Source: a virus
Lineage: Duplodnaviria; Caudoviricetes
Direction: 5' to 3' (one strand)
DNA: 64,000 nucleotides
IMG/VR virus record: IMGVR_UViG_3300012983_000044
Coordinates: 8,249 to 72,248 of that record
The notes under the pieces were generated by a model. The model saw only the letters and a list, made by a program, of their open reading frames with translations. It was not told the origin of the DNA and ran no database searches. The translations under genes were made by a program, and so were the position numbers. Each line of letters opens with the position of its first letter. Positions within the stretch are counted from its first letter, which is position 1. Shown here piece by piece: positions 36,844 to 47,735 of this stretch.

Positions 36844-37635
36844 ATGAAGGCAAATGAGTACATGCAGATCGCTACGCCGGAGGCGGCGCGGGCTGAGATG
36901 GAATACCTGGTCAATACCGGCAGGAGGGCACGGGAGGCGGAGGAAACCCCGCAGGTGGTGAATATCCTGGGCGAAACCTATACCGCCTATAAGGGCCGCC
37001 TGGAGCGCGTGAAGCCATTCCGCGAGGAAAAGCCGGATGTGTTCGAGGCGTTCTCCCTGTCCGGCCTGGTGGACTTCATCAAGGCAGATGTGGACGGCAT
37101 GTTCAACGAGAAGGATTACCGTCACACCGTCAGAGTGGTCAATACCCGCAAGGTCGAAGTGCTCACTCCTATGTACGGCTATTACAAGGAGCGCGATGTT
37201 GTGGCGAAGTGCGACGCTCTGGTGCCCGACATTCCGTTCGGCAGATTCATGGATGTTGACGAGTTCCAGATCATGCTCCAGAGCCGCTTTGAGGACAGCA
37301 CCAACCGGGCGCTGGTGCTACAGCTTTCCGGCAGCCTGAGAAGCGAGCAGAGCAATCAGATTGCCGACGATGGCGTGAGCCAGAAGGTCACGATCAAGCG
37401 CGGTGTTGCGACAGCGGATGACGTGACCGTCAAGAATCCCGTTACGCTGCGCCCCCTGCGCACGTTCTACGAGGTTGAACAGCCTGAAAGCCCGTTCATT
37501 CTCCGCTTCAATGAAAACGCCAATGCGGCCCTGTTTGAGGGCGACGGCGGCGCGTGGAAACTGCGTGCCGTTGAAAACATTCGTAACTGGCTGGTGGCAA
37601 AGCTGGCAGGATGCAATGTGGAAGTCATTGCGTAA
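36844..37635 (+). CDS. conserved phage hypothetical protein
   Basis: LRPLRTFYEVEQPESPFILR..ALFEGDGGAWK motif. Confidence 0.65.
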   Translation: MKANEYMQIATPEAARAEMEYLVNTGRRAREAEETPQVVNILGETYTAYKGRLERVKPFREEKPDVFEAFSLSGLVDFIKADVDGMFNEKDYRHTVRVVNTRKVEVLTPMYGYYKERDVVAKCDALVPDIPFGRFMDVDEFQIMLQSRFEDSTNRALVLQLSGSLRSEQSNQIADDGVSQKVTIKRGVATADDVTVKNPVTLRPLRTFYEVEQPESPFILRFNENANAALFEGDGGAWKLRAVENIRNWLVAKLAGCNVEVIA

Positions 37636-37638
37636 ACG

Positions 37639-37923
37639 ATGGCAGCGGATGGCAACTGGAGGAAGCTCCCTCACCCTAAGACCCCGGTTCCTCCCGGCAA
37701 TCGCTTTGCGGACCGGCTGTGGTGGGTGATGGAGACGCACGGACATTCCGCACTGAGGGTCAGCAGGATCGTTGGCGTAAGCTGCAAGACGATATTCACC
37801 TATCTGTCCGGATATGAAAACCCGAAGGTGAAAGTGGTCGTTGCTCTGGCAAAGCATTACGGTGTCACAACCGACTTCCTGCTGGGCCTGTCGGATGATC
37901 AGAACGGGGCGCATGTGAACTGA
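37639..37923 (+). CDS. XRE-family HTH protein
   Basis: YLSGYENPK..LAKHYGVTTDFLLGLSD. Confidence 0.75.
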   Translation: MAADGNWRKLPHPKTPVPPGNRFADRLWWVMETHGHSALRVSRIVGVSCKTIFTYLSGYENPKVKVVVALAKHYGVTTDFLLGLSDDQNGAHVN

Positions 37924-38061
37924 GCCGCTGACGGCGGCGGGCGGGTGGCGGGTTGATAGATAGATTTGAAACGGATTTAATGCTGCGAGACGGATTGAGA
38001 TTTCAGGGATGGATTTATAAGGAGGACGATAAAAGACAGACATGCGTGGAGGATAGATATT

Positions 38062-38469
38062 GTGAATAAAGTCATTGAGATCGGACGAATCGCAACTGAC
38101 ATCGAAAGCAAGGTAACGCAGAGCGGCATTTCATGGGCGACGTTCAAGATTGCCGTAAACCGCAGATTCAGGAACGCTGATGGAAAGCGCGACGCGGATT
38201 TTATTCCGGTGGTGGCGTGGCGGCAGTCGGCAGACTATGTGAAGCAATACGGACATAAGGGTGACCGTGTTGCCGTGTGTGGCTCTGTGCAGGTGCGGAG
38301 CTACGATGCCCAGGACGGCAGCAAGAGGTATGTGACAGAGATCAATGCCGATGAGATCGAACTGCTTGGAGGGCGAAGCGAGAACACGCAGACCTCTACG
38401 CAAGCCCAAAGCATGGAGCAGCAGGGGTTTACGGAAGTGGATGACGATGACGATCAGTTGCTGTTCTGA
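38062..38469 (+). CDS. ssb: single-stranded DNA-binding protein
   Basis: OB-fold motifs IAVNR, ADFI, VRSY; acidic tail DDDDQLLF. Confidence 0.92.
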   Translation: MNKVIEIGRIATDIESKVTQSGISWATFKIAVNRRFRNADGKRDADFIPVVAWRQSADYVKQYGHKGDRVAVCGSVQVRSYDAQDGSKRYVTEINADEIELLGGRSENTQTSTQAQSMEQQGFTEVDDDDDQLLF

Positions 38470-38486
38470 TCCGAAGGAGAAAGCAG

Positions 38487-39047
38487 ATGAGTTTATTGGG
38501 GAGCCGGATCGCAGGAGGCAACACGGCCTACAATCGCGTGAAGTCAGATTTTTACCCTACCCCCCCCGAAGCGACACAAGCACTTCTGAATTTCCTTAGA
38601 CTGCCGATTGGCACAAAGGTGTGGGAACCTGCGTATGGCAGCGGATGTATGGCGGAGGTTATGAGAAAGAATGGGCTGACTGTAATCGGAACCGATATTG
38701 AAACCGGAACCGATTATCTGACGGCAAGCCTTCCTGAAAGTGACGTGTCGTGGATCATAACCAACCCTCCGTTTTCTATTGCGGATGGATTCATTGAGCG
38801 CAGTTATGAGCATTGCCTGCCATTTGCATTGCTCTTAAAGACACAGTTCTGGCACGCACGAAAGAGGTACGATATGTTCGCAAAGAATCGTCCTGCCTAT
38901 ATTCTGCCGCTTACATGGCGTCCGGACTTTATGTTCAAGCAACGTGGGAAAGGCTCTCCGCTTATGGATGTTACGTGGACTGTGTGGATTCCCGGAAACC
39001 ACAAGAGTGCCTACATACCACTTAAAAAGCCAGTGACAAGCCCGTAG
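38487..39047 (+). CDS. N6-adenine DNA methyltransferase-like protein (in frame across C8 tract 38560-38567)
   Basis: DFYPTP, WEPAYGSG, ITNPPF motifs. Confidence 0.8.
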   Translation: MSLLGSRIAGGNTAYNRVKSDFYPTPPEATQALLNFLRLPIGTKVWEPAYGSGCMAEVMRKNGLTVIGTDIETGTDYLTASLPESDVSWIITNPPFSIADGFIERSYEHCLPFALLLKTQFWHARKRYDMFAKNRPAYILPLTWRPDFMFKQRGKGSPLMDVTWTVWIPGNHKSAYIPLKKPVTSP

Positions 39048-39063
39048 AAGGAAGTGAACCAAC

Positions 39064-40467
39064 GTGTCCTCAGATTTTGTCCAGGAGCAGATCAAAAAGT
39101 CAGGCGATGACAAGTTCCGCAATAAGGATGCGGAAAGCGCCGTCATAGGCTATATTCTAACCGGCAAAGCGGACGCTGAGGACATCGTTGGGAGCCTGAG
39201 TCCGGAGGATTTTGGATATGTCGTTTCAGCACAGATATACAAGGCAATTCAACATGTTGCTTCGCAGGGGCAACATGTTGACCTGGTGACTGTTGGTCAG
39301 GCGCTACAGGAGCTATATCCGGCTGAGACGGAAAAGAAGCTGTCAGAGGCCATAACGCGGTGCTTTAGTGATAATCTGAGATACCGGCACAGAAACCCCG
39401 CTGAATGGATTCAGATTATTAAAAAGCTCGCTGTACGGCGTCGGGCTATCACCAGCATAGATAAGCTGGTGGGTAACCTTCGGGACCCGACGAAGGACAT
39501 CAACGAGGCGCTTGCTGAAATCGAAGCAACGGCTTCGGGCGTTGAAAGCTCAGAGGTTAAATGGACGAGTGTGGCAGATGTGGCGATGCGCACGTTTGAA
39601 TACCTGGAGCAGAGACAGCAGGGAAAAATACCGGCCATCACAAGCGGCATTAGCGGAATTGACAGGATGATCGGGGGCTTTTTCGGTGGCGAGCTGACGA
39701 TCATTGCCGCAAGACCGGCAGTCGGGAAGAGCGCTTTTGGCTTGAATATCGCAATGAGCGCCACTGACAAGGGCTTCAAGGTCTGCTTTGTGTCCTGCGA
39801 GATGAATGACACGGGCTATGGGCAAAGGATGCTCTCACGCGAGGCATGGGTGAACGGAGAAACGCTGCGCAAGGCGGAGATCGACGCGGATGAATGGGAC
39901 AGGTTGGTGACGGCTCTGAGCATTATCGGTGCTATGCCGATTGAGTTCATGTTCGCCAAGGACAATCCAAACGGCATGACGCTGGAAAACGTCACGCGGT
40001 CCATTCGCCAAAAAGCCCGGCGCGGCGAGGTCGATATGCTGATCGTGGACTACATCGGCATACTGCAAACAGAGCGACGGTTCCGGGAGGACCGAGATCG
40101 CGTGAAGTTCATCACATCGGAGCTTAAAAAGCTGTCTCAGGTGGCGAATATCCCTGTCATCGCCCTGTGTCAGGTCAACCGTGACGCCCACGGCCAGATG
40201 CCAACGATGGCCCAGCTCCGTGACAGTGGCTCTGTGGAGCAGGATTCGGATGGAATTATGTTCCTGCATCGGCCCGAAAGCAACCGCGATCCAACCATCC
40301 ACCCAAACGACGTTGCCGGGTTTGAGCAGATGAACAGTGGAACAGCATACATCTCGTTGAATGTCGCCAAACAGCGCAATGGCAAAACGGGCATGATAAA
40401 TCTGATATTTGACCCAGGCGTGATGAGATACGCAGAGATTGCGAGAATGGAGGAACAGAAGGCGTGA
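39064..40467 (+). CDS. dnaB: replicative DnaB-like helicase
   Basis: ARPAVGKS, VDYIG, QVNR, LRDSGSVEQDSD, KQRNG motifs. Confidence 0.92.
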   Translation: MSSDFVQEQIKKSGDDKFRNKDAESAVIGYILTGKADAEDIVGSLSPEDFGYVVSAQIYKAIQHVASQGQHVDLVTVGQALQELYPAETEKKLSEAITRCFSDNLRYRHRNPAEWIQIIKKLAVRRRAITSIDKLVGNLRDPTKDINEALAEIEATASGVESSEVKWTSVADVAMRTFEYLEQRQQGKIPAITSGISGIDRMIGGFFGGELTIIAARPAVGKSAFGLNIAMSATDKGFKVCFVSCEMNDTGYGQRMLSREAWVNGETLRKAEIDADEWDRLVTALSIIGAMPIEFMFAKDNPNGMTLENVTRSIRQKARRGEVDMLIVDYIGILQTERRFREDRDRVKFITSELKKLSQVANIPVIALCQVNRDAHGQMPTMAQLRDSGSVEQDSDGIMFLHRPESNRDPTIHPNDVAGFEQMNSGTAYISLNVAKQRNGKTGMINLIFDPGVMRYAEIARMEEQKA

Positions 40468-40930
40468 CGTATGAGGAGTTTTTGCAGGGAAAGATTGACA
40501 TTGCGGAAGAGACGGGGATTGTCGTTGAATCGGAAGCTGTCAATCCAGCGCTGAAACCGCATCAGAGAGACGCAGTTTTGTGGGCTTTAAGGGGGGGGAA
40601 GAAGGGCGCTGTTTGAAAGCTTTGGGCTTGGCAAAACCGTTCAACAGCTGGAATGGTCGAGACTGATTCACGAGCGTACAGGCGTCAGGGTTCTGATCGT
40701 GTGTCCGCTTGGTGTCAAGCAGGAATTTCAGTTGGATGCGATTCGACTGCTGAAATGGCTGGCAGCACCGCCGTATGTGCGGACGGATGCGGAGGCGGCG
40801 GCGACGGACGCGCCGATTGTGCTGACCAACTACGAGCGCGTGCGGGACGGGGACATCGACCCGAAGCGGTTCGGCGCGGTGTCGCTGGATGAGGCGAGCT
40901 GTCTGAGAAGCTATGGCAGTAAGACCTATG
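40464..40930 (+). pseudogene. SNF2-like helicase N-terminal remnant, frameshifted at G8 (40591-40598) and truncated
   Basis: LKPHQRDAV..W, then (with G7) RRALFESFGLGKT..LTNYE..LDEAS; then abruptly continues into an unrelated zinc-ribbon sequence. Confidence 0.7.
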
Positions 40931-41159
40931 CTCTTGTATTACTGAAATCTCAGGAGCAGGAGTTGCGTTACCGCACACCCCAAAAGGTAGAACACGAAGC
41001 CACGCTCAAAAGGTGTTGCACCTGTCCGTCGTGCGGAAACGTGCTGGATCAGTTTGAACAGTTTGGAGTGGGAAAAGTCAGGATCATGAACGATTATTGC
41101 CACTTCTGCGGCCAGGCGTTGGATTGGAGCGACGAGGAAAAGAGTTTAGTGAGGTTCAA

Positions 41160-41483
41160 ATGACCGAGAGGGAGCGGCAGGAGTCAGCCAAGAAGGTCAT
41201 TGACGTTTTGAACCGTTATCCAAACTACCTGTTTGGTGACAGGCCAAGTGTCAGCACTTCTGAGATCATTGAGCTGCTGCAAATCTATATTCCCCGCAAA
41301 CTGGAGGGCGACGGCACTGGCTGGGCGATGTGTCCGAACTGCGGAACCTACGTCGAGGATTATCACCCGGCATATAGCAACAGACTGGACGGCACTCATC
41401 GAAAGCACTGTAACAACTGCGGTCAGGCACTTATATGGGAAGTTGAGATGTGGAATGAACGCACAAACGAAAGAAATGATTGA
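41160..41483 (+). CDS. zinc-ribbon small protein
   Basis: CPNCG..HCNNCGQAL. Confidence 0.6.
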   Translation: MTERERQESAKKVIDVLNRYPNYLFGDRPSVSTSEIIELLQIYIPRKLEGDGTGWAMCPNCGTYVEDYHPAYSNRLDGTHRKHCNNCGQALIWEVEMWNERTNERND

Positions 41484-41811
41484 TCTGCCGTCAGAATGGG
41501 ACATTTCTACCAAGATCAGTTTCCTTCAAAGGCGCGTGATTGTGTACTCCATCCAATACTACGAGTTCAACGCGACGGTTATCAGCGACGCACAGTATGA
41601 CGCCATCGCCCGGCAACTGGAAAGCCTGATGAGGTCGGCAACGCCCGAGGAACTTGAAAGAAGCACCTATTGGTATTGCATGTACAATTTCACTGCTGCG
41701 ACGGGGTTTGACATCTATTCAAGGCTTGACCCAAAAGATAAAGAATATCTGGAGCATATTGCTGACATTGTTCTGGATGATTACAGACACATGATGGGAT
41801 TGAAAGGGTGA
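41476..41811 (+). CDS. NAD-dependent ligase N-terminal-domain-like protein
   Basis: YYEFNATVISDAQYD resembles LigA subdomain Ia (YY...ISDxEYD). Confidence 0.5.
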   Translation: MIDLPSEWDISTKISFLQRRVIVYSIQYYEFNATVISDAQYDAIARQLESLMRSATPEELERSTYWYCMYNFTAATGFDIYSRLDPKDKEYLEHIADIVLDDYRHMMGLKG

Positions 41812-41817
41812 TGAACA

Positions 41818-42288
41818 TTGATCTACATAGGGGTCGATCCCGGAAAGAAAGGCGGTTTCTGCCTGCTTGAACAGGGTGCAAGCGGTCAACGGACTGTCGA
41901 GGTCTATCCGTGGGACGACGACGAATTTGTACACAAGATGCGGATGCTCGCAGAGGATGATGACATCCGTAAGGCCGGGATCGTTGCGGCAGTGGAGAGG
42001 GTTGGAGCCATGCATGGCCAGGGTGTAACGAGCATGTTTTCTTTCGGACGTTCCCTGGGGTTCATTGAGGGTGTGCTTTCCGGGTGCTGGATCAGCTATC
42101 AGCTTGTACCTCCGAACGTCTGGAAGAAGTCGTTCTCGCTGATTGGCAAGGACAAACAGGCGTCTATTGAGACCTGCAAGAGGCTGTTTCCAGGGATAAA
42201 CCTGCTGCCCAGTGACAGGTGCAGGAAAGAATCGGATGGTGAAGCCGAAAGTGTCCTTTTGGCGGAGTACGCGAGGAGAAACCTATGA
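41818..42288 (+). CDS. RuvC-like Holliday junction resolvase
   Basis: IGVDPG, VERV, FSFG, DGEAES motifs. Confidence 0.8.
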   Translation: MIYIGVDPGKKGGFCLLEQGASGQRTVEVYPWDDDEFVHKMRMLAEDDDIRKAGIVAAVERVGAMHGQGVTSMFSFGRSLGFIEGVLSGCWISYQLVPPNVWKKSFSLIGKDKQASIETCKRLFPGINLLPSDRCRKESDGEAESVLLAEYARRNL

Positions 42289-43456
42289 ACGACCAAATGA
42301 AAATAACTTCTGATGGACGAATCAAGGGTGAACATGAGTGGAAGGTTGAGGCCGCAATAAAGCGGCTGCAATCCTTTGAACCGAAAAACGGGGAGGGCTA
42401 CTACCTTGCGTTTTCAGGTGGCAAGGACAGCCAGTGCGTATACCATCTGTGTAAGATGGCCGGGGTGAAGTTTGACGCACACTATGCCATTACAAGCGTT
42501 GATCCGCCAGAGCTGATCTATTTCATCCGCGAACATTACCCGGATGTCGAATTTACCCGCCAGCACTATGACGACGGGAAACCCGAACACTACTATCCGG
42601 ACGGACGCCCGAAACCTATTACCATGTGGAGTTTGATCGCGGATCACACACTGCCCCCGACACGCAAGGTACGTTACTGCTGTGCCTCGCTAAAGGAGCC
42701 GGGGGGGGATCGCGCGTAGTGGTCACGGGCGTTCGATGGGCCGAGAGCAATAACCGGAAGCAGACCCATGGTGTGGCGAACATCCAGGGCAAGCCGAAGC
42801 ATACGCAGCGGATTGCGGATGAATATGGGGCTGAGTACAAACTGAATAAGCACGGCGAAGTCATCATGAATGACGATAACGATGCGAACAGACGGATGCT
42901 GGAGCATTGCTATCGTACACAGAAAACGATGGTAAACCCAATCGTGGATTGGGCTGACGAGGATGTATGGGATTTTCTGAACGAAAACAACATACCGCAT
43001 TGCTGTCTGTATGACGAGGGTTATACGAGGCTGGGCTGCATTGGCTGTCCGCTGGCCGGGACAAAGCAAATGCTCCGAGACTTTGAACGCTATCCGAAGT
43101 ACAAAGAAGCCTATATCCGGGCATTTCAGAGGATGATCGACAACCATCCCGGGCAGATCAAAATATTGGACCCGAACAGCGATACCAAGTTCAAGCTGGA
43201 TGTGCCTGACGAAATCGGGGGGGTGGGGGATTCACAGGTGTTACTTCCGAACCGCCAAAGCGGCATATCAATGGTATCTCAGCGGAAGCTACGAGATACG
43301 GAGCTGAAACCGTGTTCAGGTTCTTCACCACAAACTGTAACAGATAATTCTGCGGGGGGGTGCGGATTCTTGCAGAAGCGATGTTCAGACGATGGATCAG
43401 GTTCTCGATGTGCTGAATACGTGTTCACGCATTGGGTGGAAATGGGCGCTATTTGA
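42285..43456 (+). CDS. PAPS-reductase-family protein split at G8 (42701-42708)
   Basis: AFSGGKDS, YCCASLKE, then in another frame TGVRWAES..NPIVDW..RLGCIGCP; G9 would join them. Confidence 0.8.
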
Positions 43457-44209
43457 AAACGCGAGGACTTATCATGAACGACAAATCTCCCTGCTACGGC
43501 GATGGCGATGGATGTCCGGATCGCACTGCAACCTGTCACGCAAGCTGTGAGCGCTATGCTGCATGGTCAGCCGAACAGAGATCAAAACCCAAAGCACATC
43601 CCCAGGGCGAGATCGACGCGGATGTGGTGCTGAAAACAAGGAAAAAACGGCTGATACGCTACAGCCATGAGAAATACGACGAGAAACGGAGGAAGAGATG
43701 ATGGAAATGCTTCAAAGGATGGGACAGATGTTCATTGTCGGTGTGAACGGCGCGTGTGCAGTGGTGGGATTCGTGCTTGGCTGCGCGGCGATGCTTGCGG
43801 TGATCGGATTCATTGCCAACATCTTCAGGAGGCTGATGAACCGTGGCGAAATTGACGAGGATTGAAGCGGCAGTGCTGGCGATTCTGACGCTGCTGAATA
43901 TCGGCGTACAGGTTTACCGCTTTGCCCGCAAAGTGCCTGATGAACCTCCGAGGATGATTCAGGGATGCTTTGACAGCACGAACCGATATTTTGTAAAGGA
44001 CTGCTACAGATGATGAGCATGGGAAAGCGATCCAGAAACTGCGTGGGAACCACGAGGATTTTGTGGAACCGGGATTATGAAGCGTATATCTGCGAGAAGT
44101 GCGGCAAGGTGATCTAATACAACTTTGACTACAGGCATTGTCCGTACTGCGGACGAAGGGTCATTCACACGGACGCGCGAGGGTATGAGGTGCCATCGGT
44201 GGTGATGAA

Positions 44210-44905
44210 GTGGCGGTGACGGATAACACGTCGCGGGACAAGTGGCGCAAACGGATGCGCCAGGAGAAGCGATGTGTAAACTGCGGGAAGCAGGACGAGA
44301 GGACCCTGGCTGGAAAGACGCGCTGTCAAACGTGTGCAGAACGGGATTCTCTCAGGTGGAAAGAGCGCATGGATGCAGCGCCACAAAAGAGAGTCGTCAA
44401 AAACATCGCACAACAGGAATGGCGCAAGATGCTGCGCGAAAGTCATTTGTGCGTCGATTGCAAAAAGCAGGATGCCTATACGCTGAATGGCCACGTAAGG
44501 TGTTTCGAGTGCTCGCAAAAAAACAGCAAACGGGCTTGCAAAGTGGCGATGGTGAACCGGGAAAAGCGCAAGCTCGACGCAAAGACAAGGCGGGATCAGC
44601 GTCGGGAAAGCGGAAAGTGTACACGCTGCGGAGGGGAAAAGCCGACATATGATCTGCACATGGTCTGCGCAACGTGTCGCGCAAAAATGAATGCCAGACG
44701 AAAGGATAGGATGGCGGAGCAGGAGGGTTACTATCCGCGTGGGACGCCGGGGCTGTGCTACTTCTGCCTCCATCCTGTCATGGAAGGCAAAAAGGTCTGC
44801 CAGCGATGCTATGATGCGCGTCTGCCGGGGATGAAGAAGGCACGGGAGACGGCCTGGAAGAAGAACGGACAACACATCTGGAGGCGACAACAATGGGGAA
44901 AGTGA
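44210..44905 (+). CDS. Cys-rich multi-zinc-finger protein
   Basis: Repeated CxxC...CxxC units; paralogous to 47736-48086. Confidence 0.55.
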   Translation: MAVTDNTSRDKWRKRMRQEKRCVNCGKQDERTLAGKTRCQTCAERDSLRWKERMDAAPQKRVVKNIAQQEWRKMLRESHLCVDCKKQDAYTLNGHVRCFECSQKNSKRACKVAMVNREKRKLDAKTRRDQRRESGKCTRCGGEKPTYDLHMVCATCRAKMNARRKDRMAEQEGYYPRGTPGLCYFCLHPVMEGKKVCQRCYDARLPGMKKARETAWKKNGQHIWRRQQWGK

Positions 44906-45576
44906 TAATACTGCCCGAAACCACTGAGCGCCCTATTACCATGATCGGTCAGATGGCCGGGGTGTGCCGGGGTGTAGACACGTCGGACGATGAAAGAAAC
45001 TACAAGCGCGGATGGGACTGCATCACATCCGGACACGGAAGGACCATGGAATACCCGGACGTGTACATGGTGCTGGATGGGTACAGCGCGAGGGTGATCC
45101 GAGAATGGTACACCCACATTGGAGGGATGCCGACACGATTGCAGGCGAGCACGCGGTACATCGACTATGGCGCGTTTGAATATGTGACACCCAAAAGCAT
45201 CGAGGCAGATGAAGATGCGCTGGAGCGCTATCAGGATTGCATGCAAATGATAGCGCAGGACATAAACGGGCTTATAGCTCAGGGCGTTCCCCGTGAGGAT
45301 GCTGCTCTGCTGCTGCCGTTGGGCATGACAACCCGCGTCGTGGACAAGCGCAATCTACGCAATCTGATCGACATGAGCCGCCAGAGGATGTGTTCAAAGG
45401 CATATTGGGAGTTTCGAGAGATGTTCGGAGACATCAGCGGGGCGTTGAGCCGGTACAGTGACGAGTGGGAAATGATTACTGACCACCTGTTCATGCCGAA
45501 ATGCAAGGCGGTTGGGTTTTGTACTGAAAAACATGGATGCGGCATGATGCCAACGAGGGGTGAAGCTGAAAAATGA
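44893..45576 (+). CDS. thyX: flavin-dependent thymidylate synthase
   Basis: REWYTHIG..RLQASTRY, PREDA..LP, NLRNL, R.CSKAYWEFR. Confidence 0.85.
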   Translation: MGKVIILPETTERPITMIGQMAGVCRGVDTSDDERNYKRGWDCITSGHGRTMEYPDVYMVLDGYSARVIREWYTHIGGMPTRLQASTRYIDYGAFEYVTPKSIEADEDALERYQDCMQMIAQDINGLIAQGVPREDAALLLPLGMTTRVVDKRNLRNLIDMSRQRMCSKAYWEFREMFGDISGALSRYSDEWEMITDHLFMPKCKAVGFCTEKHGCGMMPTRGEAEK

Positions 45577-46307
45577 GAGAGGACTTGACCGGCAGAAGAT
45601 TCGGGCATTGGATTGTGCTTGGCGTAGGTGAGCGCAGCCAAAGCGGTAGGTTCAGATGGAGATGCAAATGTGATTGCGGAACTGAAAAGGATGTGTTCGC
45701 ACATGTGATGATTTCCGGGCAGTCTAAATCGTGCGGCTGCGGTATAGACGGTCATCCATGCTCTTTTAAGGATATTACCGGGCAACGGTTCGGAAAACTT
45801 GTGGCGATAAAACCAGTCTCCAAAAGAACGAAAGACGAGAGTGTTCATTGGGAGTGCAAATGCGATTGCGGACATATCACTGTTGTAAACGGCAATGATT
45901 TGCGCCGCGGTACAACAAAGTCATGTGGATGTTCTCACGCAGAACAGCTTGCGGCAATAGATCGAACAAAGATAAGCCACAAGAAACATGGAGCGTTTGA
46001 CAGATATGGGAATGGAGAACGATTATACGGTGTCTGGAAGGGGATGAAACAGAGATGTCATAATCCAAATTTCCCAAAGTACAAATATTACGGAGGACGC
46101 GGAATAAAGGTTTGCGACGAATGGTTGCACGACTATGCGGCGTTTCGTACATGGGCTTTGGAAAATGGATATGACGCTAAAGCAAAAAAATGGGATTGCA
46201 CAATAGACAGAATAGACAACGATAAGGGGTACAGTCCAAGTAATTGCAGATGGGTTGATGTGAAAACCCAAGCAATGAATAAAAGGCCAAGGGGGACTGC
46301 TATATGA
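45573..46307 (+). CDS. free-standing HNH-type homing endonuclease (paralog of 124-759)
   Basis: Two DxTGxRFG..WxCKCDCG..KSCGC modules plus TIDRIDNDKGYSPSNCRW. Confidence 0.8.
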   Translation: MREDLTGRRFGHWIVLGVGERSQSGRFRWRCKCDCGTEKDVFAHVMISGQSKSCGCGIDGHPCSFKDITGQRFGKLVAIKPVSKRTKDESVHWECKCDCGHITVVNGNDLRRGTTKSCGCSHAEQLAAIDRTKISHKKHGAFDRYGNGERLYGVWKGMKQRCHNPNFPKYKYYGGRGIKVCDEWLHDYAAFRTWALENGYDAKAKKWDCTIDRIDNDKGYSPSNCRWVDVKTQAMNKRPRGTAI

Positions 46308-46576
46308 GATTAGTTCTAAGTTACTGCCCTGAAAAGCGCGGCTGTGGAAGGTGGGAGCGTCGAGATGGCGGCGAAGAAACCTAACCAAACGGAATTGCTA
46401 TCCGCAATCCGCAAGAAGTGCCTGGACTGTTCAGGCGGCATGCGCAACGAGGTCAGGGATTGCAGGATAAAGGATTGTCCGCTGTATAGGTATCGGAGAA
46501 ACGCTATGGAAGATGATGAGCAGGAGGCGAAATGATGGCGAGGTACGTTGACATATGACGTGAAGGGGGTGAGATA

Positions 46577-46903
46577 ATGGCAGAATACATAGACGTGATG
46601 CGCCAATGGCAAAGAATGTGTAAGTCGATGCAGATGAAAAATATGGGTTGCAAGGAAGGGTGTCCGTTAGGACGCAATCAGGCATGTGGTGAACTTGAAT
46701 ATGCTTCGCTGGATGAAATAAAGGATGCAGAAGCCGTGATACTGAAATGGGCGAAGGAAAACCCGGAGCCCGTCTATCCATCATGGCTTGAAGCAATGGG
46801 CTGGGGCGAACTCCAATGGTGTGAAGTAAAGGCCATTCTTGCAAGGCCTATGGATTCGGAAAATGCAAAGAAGCTGGGAATTGAACCGAAGGAAGCGAAA
46901 TGA
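46577..46903 (+). CDS. hypothetical protein (paralog of 54946-55353)
   Basis: Shared RxCxS..CP and PExVYPxW..KLG motifs. Confidence 0.55.
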   Translation: MAEYIDVMRQWQRMCKSMQMKNMGCKEGCPLGRNQACGELEYASLDEIKDAEAVILKWAKENPEPVYPSWLEAMGWGELQWCEVKAILARPMDSENAKKLGIEPKEAK

Positions 46904-47108
46904 TGGCAAATACGAATGAAAGCTGCAAAAACTGCAAGCGTCGATACCGTCTCCGCAAGAACGACTATTCCCAGGGTGGATGCGAGCACAGCGACATGGA
47001 GGGGTATGTTTGCATGTGCTTATCCAGAGAAGGTATAGCAGAGTGGATGGTCGGGCTGAATGATGAGGATGAAATCTGTGAGTGTTATTCACCAAAGGAG
47101 GACAAACT

Positions 47109-47519
47109 GTGAGGGTAAAACTTGACCCAGGCGCTTTTGAATTGACACGCGCCCACGATACCGATGCTGGTTTGGATATTCGGGCCATTTCCGATGGGAT
47201 TGTGCGTGCTCACCAGTCGGCCACGTTTCATACCGGGATTCATGTGGAACTACCTCATGAGATCATGGGCGATATTCGCCCGAAATCCGGCCTGATGTTT
47301 CACCATGATTTGCTGACGTTTGGCACAGTGGATCAGGGCTTCTCGGGCGAGGTTATGGTGCATTTGTTCAACCTTGGCAGCGAGGATTATTGCGTGCATC
47401 GCGGCGACAAGATTGCACAACTGGTGACGACGAAGGTCGTCTATGAACCTGTCGAGATCGTTGATGAAATCAGCGGTGGTGACAGGGGAACGAGCGGTTT
47501 TGGCAGCAGCGGGAGATGA
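47109..47519 (+). CDS. dut: dUTPase
   Basis: DAGLD, RPKSG, GTVDQGFSGE, KIAQL, RGTSGFGSSG motifs. Confidence 0.92.
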   Translation: MRVKLDPGAFELTRAHDTDAGLDIRAISDGIVRAHQSATFHTGIHVELPHEIMGDIRPKSGLMFHHDLLTFGTVDQGFSGEVMVHLFNLGSEDYCVHRGDKIAQLVTTKVVYEPVEIVDEISGGDRGTSGFGSSGR

Positions 47520-47735
47520 AATACGATGAGTTTGATTGACAAGCTGAGCTGCATGGTCGGCAATCACAAGTATTCTGCGATGACAACAGCGGTGACAGCC
47601 GTTGATGGAGATATTTGCAGGGTAGAATGCACTTGCGTCCATTGTGGAAAATACAACTGCTTCCTGACGACCTTCACGGCCTTGGAGAAAACCGCCGAAA
47701 AGTGCCATGAGCAGATGGAACGATGGTAATGGACT

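Noticed and set aside
37921-38000. G-rich GGCGG/GCGGG stretch
   Set aside because: No consistent 5-nt GGY phase; explained by a small terminator-like hairpin
44893-46307. Possible intron in thyX carrying the HNH gene
   Set aside because: thyX looks complete, the HNH simply overlaps its stop, and no group I core elements were seen
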